Source: Mobula birostris (Eukaryota). Taken from it: a DNA stretch of 64,000 nucleotides. Shown one piece after another: positions 12,644-24,050 of the stretch. The number at the start of each line of letters is the position of its first letter. Position 1 is the stretch's first letter. Under the pieces are notes generated by a model, which saw nothing but the letters and a program-made list of their open reading frames with translations, had not been told where the DNA came from and made no database searches. The DNA lies in assembly GCF_030028105.1 (NCBI RefSeq), contig NC_092377.1, forward strand, positions 126,684,242 to 126,748,241, given 5' to 3'. A program made the position numbers and the translations under genes.

Positions 12644-13431
12644 ATGAGTCTTAGACCAAAAGTAAAAAGTAAAAAAAAAAGCTTGTTATAATTTGATATT
12701 ATTGTTACTTTGTTATAATTTGTAAACAAATGGTAGGCATTTATATGTTAAGGGTAAACATATTTGTTTAGCATAGTGCCCCAGATTTTTAAAAAAACAT
12801 TTAAAATAAAAGGGGAGGAGTGTACCGTAGAGCTTACATTATAATAAGTGACTACTTTATGTTTTATTAATGTGTTGTTGCATGCGCTATTAGAGGAGTA
12901 TTGATCTGTTGTGTGTGTCAAGTTCGGACTTTACCAGTAAAGAACCATGAAACTTAATTCCCGTCTCCAGCGTTTTTATTAATAACATAGTTGTGTAAAC
13001 AGGCCACATGAGAATTACAAGACTTCGGGAACAGCGACACCGAGGAAGTATGGAATGGACACGATATGGATTCTACAGGAGCCCCTAGCAGCTCACGTGA
13101 GAATGACAGTGATGAAACAAAAAGATTGTCAACTATGTCAGATGAAACTATTGCTAATTAATTTATTGACATGCTAGTGGCAGATTGATCAACTATTGCT
13201 CATTCATCTGCTGAAGGATGAACCTCTGATTCTTAAAGAACAGCCAAAAGTTGACAATGTGTTCTGTCCTCCATTAAGTATCTGATACAGCTGCACTGAA
13301 TTGTCAATGAGAAACAGATGATAACAGTCTTAATTCAAGAACAGGAGACTGACGGCATCCTGTTAGTTATTACTCTGCCAAAGACTTGATTCTATTCACT
13401 GAAGGTTCCTCAGCAATTCAAAGGGTTTCAA

Positions 13432-13463
13432 ATGCCTGTTACTGGAACGCAGGGTTTGATCAG
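13432..13463 (+). CDS. Gene A exon 1: leader part 1 (MPVTGTQGLI-R), phase 2
   Basis: ATG at 13432; donor AG|gtaaca; phase fits exon 2 and gives a continuous signal peptide. Confidence 0.6.
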
Positions 13464-13689
13464 GTAACATGAAGGGTAAATACCCGTACCTGGGGAGCAG
13501 TAAAGCTGTACGTATGGAATTGATCAATCTCAGTTCTCCCTGTCTGCTGAACAGTACTTATTGGGTATGTGGTTGCCAGACCTACCCCTGCCTCCGAGCA
13601 TGTTCCCCTAGTAGGAGGGGAGGAGGAGAGAGCCGTGTCCCCGGAAGGCCAGCGTTATCTTGTCTACAAAGTGCCCCACATGTGATATT

Positions 13690-14560
13690 TGCCAGCTCTA
13701 CCTCAACAGCCTCTGTTCCAGCACCAGAGATCAATAGGATCCAGAGTTTCTGGTCAATTGGTCCATATCCCTGTTCATGGATATATCTAAGAGCCTTTTA
13801 AACACTCGTCATATCAAATACCACTGGCACATTCCAGGAATTCACCATGAATGAAAGCTTGCCTCGCACATCCTCTTTCAACCAACTTTATAGCTGCATT
13901 CCTCCTAGTGTTAGCCATTACAATCCCAAGGAAAAGATGGCGGCTGTCCATGCCTCTGGTAATGACATAAGATGTCCCCTCACTCTCAAACGCTCCACAA
14001 ACAACCCCATCAAACAGTGCAGCCACATTCTAGATCCCTCTGTACACCAATAATGTTAATGGTCTGGCCTTTAATCGTGCACTGTCCCGTTACATTTGAT
14101 CTCTCAAACTCCAACACCTCAACTTGCCAGGACTGGACTTCATCGACCATCATCTGCGAACACATTGACCCATACATCCAGCAGAAATCGCAGTACAGAA
14201 ACCTTGCAGAACAGCTCCAGTATTCCAACTGGAAGTCTTTGACACCTGATCAATCACTATCCTGTCTTCTAAATCCAAACGGCCAACTTCTGATTCACAG
14301 CCAACTCACTGTGGATCCACGTATCTTAATCTGGATGAGCTTCCCATCGGGGATGTTGTCAAAGACCTTGTAGACAACATCCATAGCTCGACCTTCATCA
14401 ATCACCCTCGTCACCTCATCAAAAAATTCAATCAAGTCAAAAGAATCACACGACTTACCCCACACAACAGCAGGCTGACTGACCCCAATTCAGCCATGGT
14501 TTTCCAATGAATACTAACCCAAAGGAACATTTAAGAGCAGACAGTTGGACAGTTTCAGCT
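13690..14560 (-). mobile_element. Old CR1 fragments in gene A intron 1
   Basis: Reverse frame WQVEVLEFERSNVTGQCTIKG resembles CR1 RT C-terminal motifs. Confidence 0.5.
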
Positions 14561-14632
14561 GTTCATGACTATCTGAGGTGGGATCAGATTCTGTGGAGTT
14601 CACTCCTCACTTCAACCTATCTTTCTCCTCAG

Positions 14633-14679
14633 GTCCATCGCAGTCTGTGTGTGGCTGTTCATGGTTGTAACGGCTGCTC
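14633..14679 (+). CDS. Gene A exon 2: leader part 2 (SIAVCVWLFMVVTAA), phase 2 to 1
   Basis: Acceptor ctttctcctcag|, donor |gtaagt; hydrophobic in this frame; homologous to gene B exon 62025-62065. Confidence 0.8.
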
Positions 14680-14972
14680 GTAAGTACAACATAGCATAGA
14701 GAGAGAATCAATCTGTGTCTGATCCCTGTGATAGGACAGTGTGCAGGGAACTGCATTTCATCAGACCCATGGAGTGGGCAATGGGACATTGCAGAGGGAG
14801 TTTCACCCTGTATCTGGTTCCAGTATGGTATTATGGGTCTGTAGGGAGAGGGAGAGATTCATTGTTTGTCTGACCCTGGGGCTGTGATGGGGCAGTGTAT
14901 AGGGAACCACTCTATGAAGGGGAGGATGATCTCCCTCTGAACCCACTGACCATGATACTCCTCTCCTGACAG

Positions 14973-15221
14973 GTGATCACGGCTTCTGTCAGTTCACTCC
15001 AAACACCATCTCCCTCAGCTGTCCCTGCACAATATCCTGGTCCCAGATCCTGTGGCTTCACAACCTCCGACAGTTCCAAGATAACTGTACCAGGGGAAAA
15101 GGCAACAAACTCCACTGTCAGATTGCCAGCCAGGCCAGGGTGGAAGCTGACAGAGTCACCCTGAACTACACCCGGGTTATCCCTGGCACCGTCTACTGTG
15201 AGATCTCCAGCAACACATCAG
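14973..15221 (+). CDS. Gene A exon 3: six-Cys Ig-like domain (83 codons, phase 1-1)
   Basis: Acceptor ctcctctcctgacag|, donor |gtaagt. Translates RDHGFCQFTPNTISLSCPCTISWSQILWLHN...VTLNYTRVIPGTVYCEISSNTS with B-strand Cys, C-strand Trp and F-strand YC; paralogous exon in gene B. Confidence 0.85.
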
Positions 15222-16144
15222 GTAAGTGCTGATGGGAGAGGGAGTAGTATGAGGGTCTGATACTCCAGACTGCCACCATTCCGATGTTTATTCTCTCCGT
15301 GCCATTAGAGCGAGATTCCGGTTTCTAGATTTAGAACAGTACAACACACGAACAGGCACTTTGGCCCAAAGTACTTGGTCAAATCGATTAAACCAGTAAT
15401 TAACTCAAAACTAAATAACTCTCTTCTGCCTGCCCGATGGCCACGTGGCTCTGGTCTCTGCCCGATGGTCCATATCCCTGCCCAGTCACATCGGCTTCTA
15501 AAAGGTTCCTTCACGCCTTAATCATATTAGAAATCAGAATTGGTTTATTGTGTCATGTGTACCGAGATAGTGAAAAGCTTGTCTTGCAAACTGTTCATAC
15601 AGATCAGATCACTACACAATAGAACAAGGTTAAATAATGACAGGAAGCAGAAAAACGTGTAACGGCAACAGAGAAAGTGCAGTGTAGGTAAACGATAAGG
15701 TGATTGATGATAATCTATCTATCATGATGAGGGACATGGATGGGGTGAATACACATAGCCTTTCTCCCAAGGTTATGCAGAGTTTTAAGCAGCATCTTCA
15801 CCCAGAAGAAGGTCCATACCTGGAATGAGCAGCCAGAAGTGTTTGTTGCCGGTTACAATAACAACGTTTAAAAGTCACTCAGAAAGGTACATGATGGGAA
15901 AGGTTTCAGAATGAATACAAGTCAATGGGACTGGCTCTGTTGGTTTGTCCCCAAAGGGCATGTTTCTATGGTGTGTGATTGTGACACTGAGTCCTGGGAC
16001 AGACCAGCTCTGTGGGACAGGCTCACCCCTTGCTCCCTTTGCACCGAGCTCACCGCTCCTCCCCACAGGACTCATCCGACCTCGGAGAAGCGCGGATCGA
16101 GGGACAGCAGCTCGGCCCTGAGGTGTACCTGCTGTGTTTTGCAG

Positions 16145-16291
16145 GTGTTGAGGATCCTACCCAGAGGACACAAGTAGACCAGTTGTCTGTCCCACCACAG
16201 ATAACATCTCAGACGCCAGTGTCCACTGAGACAGACGGAAGACAGGTGCAGGACAGAATTACGAGTGCACATGAGAAGATAGCAATTGCAG
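16145..16291 (+). CDS. Gene A exon 4: Ser/Thr/Pro-rich stalk (49 codons, phase 1-1)
   Basis: Acceptor tgtgttttgcag|, donor |gtgaat; VEDPTQRTQVDQLSVPPQIT aligns with gene B stalk PRQMTVVDQVISPPEAIT. Confidence 0.8.
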
Positions 16292-17157
16292 GTGAATTTC
16301 CACAGATTTAACACTTTCGGAATGGTGAAATTCCTCATCATAATTCCAAAGTAACTTCCCTTTATCCCATCACAAACAAGAGAAAAGCTGCAGATGCTGG
16401 ATATCCAAGCAGTGCACACAAAATGTTGGAGGAACTCGGCAGGCCAGACACCACCAATGGAAAAGAGTATGTCATTCAGGATGGAGGATCTCGGCCTGAA
16501 ACGTTGACTGTTTACTCTTTTCCGTAAATGTTGCCGGGCCTGCTGAGCTTCTCCAGCATTTTGTGTGTGTCCTTTATCCTGTTGCTGTTTCCTCGGATTC
16601 TGATGGAAATGTCCTCCTTGTGTCCACTCTATCCAGGACTTTCTGTATCCAGGAGGCTTCAATGAGACCCCCTTCCTTCATCATTCAGAACTCCCAGGAA
16701 CATCAAACACTTCTCAGGAGTTATTGTGAACTTCTGGACTGACCCCCAAATGGCACCTTTCATTCAAAGTAACTAGAAACACATTGACCAACACAATATT
16801 CCAAATGCAGCCTCACCAACGTCTTGTACAACTGCAACATAATGTTCCAGCTTCTATACTCAGTGACTTGACTGATGGAAGCCAGTGTGCCAAACACCTT
16901 CTTCATCATCCTGTCTACTGGTGACACCATGTTTACAGAACCCTGTACTTGTGATTTAGAAAGGGGATGGAGAGATACAAAAGGCAGTGAAGATGGGGAG
17001 TAAGTGGGACTATGGGATGGATGGATGTACAGCCGGGATGGGTGTGGATGGTGATGCAGCCATGGGAGTGGGGAGGAGGATGGGTATCAGAGTTTCCCAT
17101 ATCATTCCAGTATGTTTCTGGTCAAACCAGTGTAATTGTGACATTTCCATTCTACAG

Positions 17158-17203
17158 GGGTGGTGGGAGTCAGCGTGCTGGTGGTCCTGGTTGTCGTTCT
17201 GTG
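17158..17203 (+). CDS. Gene A exon 5: transmembrane (GVVGVSVLVVLVVVL), phase 1 to 2
   Basis: Acceptor ttccattctacag|, donor TG|gtaagt; uncharged hydrophobic stretch. Confidence 0.85.
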
Positions 17204-17365
17204 GTAAGTAACCTTGTTGCTTCCTGGGGTAGCCTAGTGTTCAGTTCTCTCAACTGCAGCATCCTCGCTCACCGTCCCTCCGGTGCCCCACCTCGCTCAC
17301 CGTCTCCATGACCCATCTCTGTCGCTCAGTGAACAGAATCTCAGTGACCTTCCCCTCTGTTGTAG

Positions 17366-17558
17366 CTCCAGGAGACAACATCATAAAATGTGTCCAAGAT
17401 TGTTGGCCCGGATGGAGATGCAGAGGGTGCCAATGCACAGGGAGATCCCACTATCAGCAATGTTGGTACCTCAAGCATCATGTCCATCAGGTCTCCCCTC
17501 AGCCTCCGACACTCCAGAGGAATCTGCTTCAACCCATCCAATCCTTCCACGTGACTAA
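17366..17558 (+). CDS. Gene A exon 6: cytoplasmic tail (CSRRQHHKMCPRLLARM...PILPRD*)
   Basis: Acceptor ccttcccctctgttgtag|; phase 2 join gives basic residues right after the TM. Total CDS is 714 nt (237 aa). Confidence 0.72.
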
Positions 17559-17749
17559 AGCCCCCACCACCCGATCCTGACAACATCACAGTGTATCTCC
17601 TCGGCTCTCCCTCCAATGCGAGCCCAGCCTTCCTGTATTGCAGTCAGCTGAAAACACAGTGATTGAAGTGCAGTCTGACCAGTATCTTGTCAAGTTCTAA
17701 CATAACATCCTAACTTTTACATTGCATACCTTGATCCCAGGGGTCTCTG

Positions 17750-20700
17750 TAATTGTATCCCACGGACTCTCTGTTCCACACCTCCAGTGCCCCATCATTT
17801 ATTGTGGATGCTCTTCCTGAATTTGACTTGCCGGAATACATCACCTTGTCCTCAGTTGTATCAAACTCCATCTGCCTCTCTCTGCCCAACTTTCCACCCG
17901 ATCTGAATCCAAGCCAACCTTGTCAATTCTTACAGTTACCTCTTTAAAAAAACTTGTGGAGGGGAGGAATTCCCCTGTGCAAGGATGAGCTGAAAGGCCT
18001 GTATTTGTGCTGTATATTTCTGTGACATTCCAGGCCAACCTATTCCGGGTTAGAATTGACGATTGGTTGTCTCCCAGGTGTCCAATTGTATGGGGGGTGG
18101 GGGAGAAATGCTGGACCCCTGGGTGTACGTGCATCCCTGGGTCATCTATGTAAATCCTGGCATTGGACTGTGTATACCAAGCACAGGCATTTCACACAGT
18201 TCAAAATCTCATGCGACTAATTCCTGCCTTTCCCACACCTCTGGGAATGATGACGTCTGCTTTCTAGGATGTGAACACCAACTATCCATCCCTGCTGTAA
18301 GAGGGATCAGTGTGGTAAATATTAATTTTAGTTATCTTGCATTTATGACAACATATTGTTATATTGAAGTGTTCAGCCCAGAGTGAGGGAGTGGGGGATG
18401 GAGATTGGAAATGTAATCTGGAAATGATGGAAACACTCAGCTGGTCAGACACATCTGTGGGGGGAGACATGGAGTTAACATTTCCATTTGGAAACACTGC
18501 TCCTGTTGCCAGCATCATGAAAGACACCTTTCAGCCTGGTAATTCTCTTGTACAATTAAGGTGAATTCTTGAAAAACTTCCTCGCCTTCCACAACACCAC
18601 CAGCTTGCCTTAACTGCAAACCTGCCAATTATCCCTGCAACCTTTACAACTCACACATTTGGTACCCTGTGGTAAACCACAGGTCAGACATCAGTCAGAA
18701 ATGTATCTTCCCTCCACTACTTTTGATCTCTGATCACCAGCCAATGTTGGATCCAATTATCTGGCTCATCTTGGACTTCAAGTGCCTTCCAGACCAGTCC
18801 TCCATATCAAAGATCTTACTAAAGTGTATGTAGATAACATCTACCTCACTGCCCTTATCAATCCTTTTACCACCTTAAAAAAACTCAGGCAAATTAGATT
18901 GACAGGATGAGCTACAAAGATGAGCTGAAGTGCCTGTATCTCGAAAATTCCGTGACTTTCCCAGCCAAAAGCCAGTCGGATCCATGGTTGTCCCTTGTAA
19001 ATAGCACATCTCCCAGGATGTGCCATGTACAATTTTCTCTCTAATTTTTAGTAGTCAGTGTGTGCAAAAATCTTATGTTGTGCAAATTTTTTTCCTGTGA
19101 CAAAAGTATGTGTGCACTGAATGCACACATGGCACAGTTTATGTAGGTTTACTGAATATTTGACATAAAACGGCACAGAATAACAACAAAATCACATACG
19201 TATTTAAGTCACTCAGTTATTTTTTTCTCTCTCCTGTCTTTGGCATTTACCCATTCTTTGTAAATTCTATCAAGACTGATGGAAATTCTATCCAATTGAT
19301 AGCTTTTGACTCTCATTAACATACCCAAATGACATTCCCTAAACGGTTTCTCAGCTTTTTGAGTTGATTCATTAAGCTAAAACTTCGCCCACAGTCCGCG
19401 CTAGATGCAAGAAAGGTTCCCCCAACATGTACCAACTGTGCAAGGTCGCAAAACTGTTCATTTTGAAGTCCAAATGTCACCATTTGAGCAAAGTTTGAAA
19501 TCAGTTTGGATTTAATTTTTTCTTGCATGGAAAATTTGAAGTCATTAAACTGTCTAACTATTACAGTATTTTCAGCTGGTAAATCCCAATATTTTATACA
19601 TAAGGCATTAACTTGTTCATTGCTGAATGTGAAGTCACAATCTGCAATTGCAGAGAAATCAAAAGCTGACCATTCTTGTACTTCACCTTCAGGAAACCTG
19701 TCTTCTAAATGAGCACAAAGACAATTTATAGAAGTCAACAGCGAACTTGTATCTACTGTGGCATTTTCTTCATGTTGTTCGCTTAGCAAAACTCTAACTT
19801 TGTCACTCCACAAAACATTGTCCCCTAGATACCGCTTTCTTATCTTGTTAATTTTGCCTCTGTCTTTAAGAACTTTGATCTCCTCTGGGTTGGATGGTTT
19901 TTGCTCTCGCTCATCTGTACTCAACCATAACACGCGTAGCACTCCTGTAACAGGTTCTGTTTCTCGTAGCTGAACGTTCATGACCTCATGAGCTTTCGGT
20001 GTAGCAATTTCTACTATTAAGCCATTCAACTTTTTAAAAAATTGCAGTTCTTTTGCACTTCACACACTTCACTTCTTTTGAATTCGACATAGTGAAATAA
20101 TTTTTTGTCAATAAGAACTTAGTAAGCTATCCGCAGGATTTGAAACAGATCTTTGTAAGCTTTACGATATAAACACTGTCCACCAAACATGGCTGCCAAC
20201 GTGATGCAGCTGTACAAACCGGAACAGGAAAGGTGAGGTGACGTAAATTTGTGAGGTGCATTGTGGTATTTGAAAAAGCGACTAACTAGTTAACAGAAAC
20301 AGTGAGCTAAAAGATTATTTTTAATAAGTATAATTATTCATTACTACATTATTTTAGGTAACTAAACTTTTGTGTGCACATTAATTTCCTTTGTGCGCTG
20401 GTTGAAAAACGTGTGCATGCACAGCTTAGAGGAAACATAGGCCATGTGTAAGGGAATCTGCTGACCCCTGGGTGAGCATACACCTCTGTGTCAGCTCTGC
20501 AAGCCCAGGGGTGGGATTTGCACACAGTCCGGGATCTCCTGGATCTCCTGCCTCTTTCCCAAATCTGTGGGAATGATGAAGGTAGTTTTCTGGGATGTGA
20601 ACAGAAGCTACTCCTGGTGTGAGAGGGATCAGTGTTATGAATATTAATTTTAATATTTATGGTTATAAAATATTCTTGTATTTATGACAATACATTATTA

Positions 20701-22200
20701 AATTAAAGTATTCAGCCTGGAGTGAATATTATTTTTTCATCACACGTGCCCAAATGGGGAATAATCTTCTAAAGCGAACTCTCTCGTGTGCCATTGTAAT
20801 TTTGAGCAGAGTTTATGATTGATTCATTTGTAACAATAAATATGTACTTTTTCCTTAAAGAATGCCGTGTTCATTATTGACATGTATTCACTGTTTCACT
20901 ATTAATAGAAGTATAACAGGCAGATTGCCATCGACAATTCTGTCCCGTCTCGAAATCAGAAGGTTGTTGTCCCAATGCCGTTCGTGCACTGCTGCAGGTT
21001 TAGAATAAATCAGAGTGTGGTGTAGCACCTTCCAGTTTCAGCGATTCTCGAAGTACAACAGGAGGAATGCATGAAGTGGCGGGCAGTGAACAAGGGGAGA
21101 GTAAAGGTAAAAGGTTGGTGAGGGAGCATCTACATCACAGGGAAGGAGATTGACCAGTCAGCTCAATCACACGTGCACACACACACTCTACTCTCTTACA
21201 TTTAGACCATAATAGATAGGGACAGGATAAGGAACTCAACCCATTGAATCTACTCTACCATTCCATCAAGGCAGAACACACCACCTTGTCCTCCTTTGTA
21301 TTAAACTCCATCTACCTCTCTCTGTACAACTTTCCATCCGATCTGTATCCGAGCCAACCTTCCTCACTCTCCACAATACCGTCTTGTCTTTGCCACAAAC
21401 CGACCAATTATGTCTTCAACATTCACAGCTCAGTTGTTATCATATCACACGAGTTACCCTTTGATACATCACAGAATAACAGACATCAATCAGAACTGCA
21501 ACCTCCCAACTCTACCATCAACTTCTGATCACCAGCTAATGTTGGATCCAATTAACCAGCTTACCTTGGACCTCAAGAGCCTCTGGACCAGCTCTCCCTA
21601 TCAAAGATCGAACCAAAGTGTATGTAGGTAACATCTACCTCACTGTTGTTGTCAATCCTTACAGTTACCTCCTTAAAAGATTTTGTGGGAGGGGCTGAAT
21701 TTTCCTGTGCAAGGAGGAACTGAAGGGCCTGTGTAGTTCTGTGACATTCCAGGTCAACCAATTCCCGTTTGGAATTGATGGTCATTAGTCTACCAGGCGT
21801 CCAATGTATGGGGGAACTTCTGGGCCCCTGGGTGCATGTGCGTCCCTGGGTCAGTTATGTAAAACCTGGCTTCCAGGCATTCAACTGCATATACTAAGCA
21901 TGGGATTTTCACGCAATCCACAATCTCATGGGAGTCATTACTGCCTTTCCACACATCTCTCAAAGGATTGGATGTGGGAATGACAAAGTCTGCTTTCTGG
22001 GATGTGAACACCAACTATCCCTCCCTGCTGCGAGAGGGATCAGTGTTGTAAATATTTATTGTAGTTATCTTGTAGTTATGGCAATATGTTATTGTTATAT
22101 TGAAGTGTTCGGCTCAGAGTGAGGGAGTGGGGGATGGAGATTGGAAATGTAATCCGGAAATAATGGAAACATTCAGCAGGTCAGGCAGTATCTGTGGGAG
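17750..22200 (+). repeat. Old local tandem duplication, about three diverged ~1-kb units downstream of gene A
   Basis: Blocks such as ctgggaatgatga...ggatgtgaac...agggatcagtg...aatattaattt recur at ~18240, ~20570 and ~21980; caccttgtcctc...aaactccatct recurs at ~17840 and ~21280. Confidence 0.75.
19030..20440 (-). mobile_element. hAT DNA transposon deletion derivative
   Basis: ORF 19316-20029 ends with the hAT dimerisation motif SSADCGRSFSLMNQLKKLRNRL. Degenerate TIRs caattttctctctaa / ttagaggaaacatag; 8-bp TSD gccatgta / gccatgtg (7/8 match). Confidence 0.85.
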
Positions 22201-22859
22201 CTCTTGTACGAGTCTTGTGACTTCCCGATCTTCCAATGAGCACATTGTGGCCCTGATTGTTTACCTGCAGCCGATTTTCTCTGTAACTCTGACACTATTA
22301 TGTATTCTGTTTCCCATTTGCACTGCTCTGATGAGTTGATGTAGACATGATCTTTCAGGACAGGACAGCACACAAATTAAAGCTCCTCACTGTTCCTCAG
22401 TACAAGTGAGAATAATAAAGCAATTATCAAAATGCAGAAGTGGGTAAATTGTAAATTCTGTTTGTGGAACTGCCGGGGGGAGTGGGGATGGAGGATGTCT
22501 CTGATGGGATAAAACCGGGGTAACCACGGGGAGAAGGTGCTGACAAGCTCACCGAATGATTGGGAGCAGTTAGGGAGTGAGAACAGACAGGAGACCATAC
22601 GTCACAGGTTTACAAACACCCAATCTACAGACACCCTCATGCTATTCAAATAAGTTTGCACATATCACCAAATATGGTGAGGTAATGGGCAATGAAGGGT
22701 GTTATCTCATGTGATAGTGGGTTCCAGATGACTGGGAACTGAATCAAGGAACTGCAGATGGAGTTTAACTCAGGGAAGTGAAACACATGTTTGTGTAGGG
22801 GAATACTTTGCATCTAGTGATCACAATGCCATTAGTTTCAAGGTATTTATGGAAAAGGA

Positions 22860-23700
22860 TAAGTCTGGTCCTGGGGTTGACATTCCAAATTGGAGAAAGG
22901 GTGATTTAGATGTACAGTATCAGAAAGATCTAGCAAGTGTGGATTCGGATAAGGTATTTTCTGGCAAAGGTAACATGGTAAGGGGGAGGCCTTCAAATCT
23001 GAAATTTTCAGAGGACAAAGCTTGTATTTGCTAGTCAGAATAAAAGGCAAGGTGAACAGGTTTCTGGAACCTTGCTTTGAGAGAGATTGCTGTCCTGGTT
23101 AAGGAAGAAAAGGAGGTGCATCGCAGATAGGAACAAATGAGGTAGTTGAGTTGGAGGAATGCAGAACGCTAAAGAAAGAAATCAGGAGGGCTAAAAGAAG
23201 GCATGAGCTTGGAATAACAAACAAGGTGAAGGAGCAAAATGATTGCAAGGCAGAAAATTTGCCCTCTGGAAGATCAGAATGTTCATCAAGGCTTGGAGCC
23301 AAAAGAAAGAGGGGAGATCTTAACTGGACGTTTTGCATATGAATTCAGTCAGGAGATGGACAGAGTCGATGGGAGAGAGGTGGTGGATTCTGTGCACGTT
23401 ACAGAGCAAGAGGTGTTTGTTGTCCTGAGGCAAGTCAGGGTGGACAGATCCCCAGGGTCTGACAAGGTGTCCCTTTGAAAAGCAGGTGCAAAAATTGCAG
23501 GGGCCCTAGCAGAGATATTTAGAGCAGGTGAAGTAGCCGGTGATTGGAGAATAGCTAATGTTGCTCTGCTGTTTTAGGAAGACTCTGTGAATAATCCAGG
23601 AAATTATAGGCCAGTGAGTCTGACATTAATGGTGGACAAGTTATGATAAGGTATTATCGGGACTGGATTGACAGGGACAGATCAGGGACAGTCAACAAAG
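22860..23700 (+). mobile_element. CR1 ORF2 fragments
   Basis: KKEIRRAKRRHE and RVDRSPGSD motifs, plus ccaggaaattataggccagtgagtctgac (PGNYRPVSL). Confidence 0.75.
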
Positions 23701-23809
23701 AGGGATATAACCAGGAAAAAGGAGCAAAATGGTGAGGTAGACCATGGGTTCATAGACCATTCAGAAATCTGATGGTAAACTGGAAGTTGTACTAAAAAAG
23801 TATTGTTTA

Positions 23810-24050
23810 AATTTTTATTTAGATATAAAGCACAGTGACAGGCCCTTCCAATTGGACAAACCTGCACTGTGCGTTACTCCGTACAAACCTGTCCCTTTTG
23901 GAATGTGGGAGGAAACTAGAAACCTGAGCACCCGTCGGATCCCATGCGGTGACGGGGAGAACATACATCTCCTTACAGACGGTGGTGGGAATCGAACCTG
24001 GGTCGCTGGCTCTGTAATAGTGACCTGCTACCCATTATGCTACTGTGCTG
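23810..24050 (-). mobile_element. tRNA-derived SINE (HE1-like); other copies at ~34640-34910, ~38690-38850 and ~55200-55470
   Basis: The reverse strand begins with a tRNA-like head carrying a B-box-like ggttcgattcc and a conserved body ggagaacatacatctccttacagac. Confidence 0.65.

Larger units (their letters stand above)
4269..13008 (+). mobile_element. Decayed Ty3/Gypsy LTR retrotransposon (PR-RT-RH-IN order); 5' LTR split by nested insertions
   Basis: 5' LTR halves at ~4269-4329 and ~7695-7828 match the 3' LTR (12821-13008). PBS-like ttggtgatgag at ~7831; PPT aggggaggag at 12811-12820. Confidence 0.85.

Noticed and set aside
13010-13430. Acidic peptide-like reading upstream of gene A
   Set aside because: Multiple stops and no splice context or recognisable motif.
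22553-22598. 46-nt minus-strand ATG exon with a GTGAGC donor (MVSCLFSLPNCSQSF), the length of an Ig leader
   Set aside because: Weakly hydrophobic, and no downstream minus-strand domain exon found.
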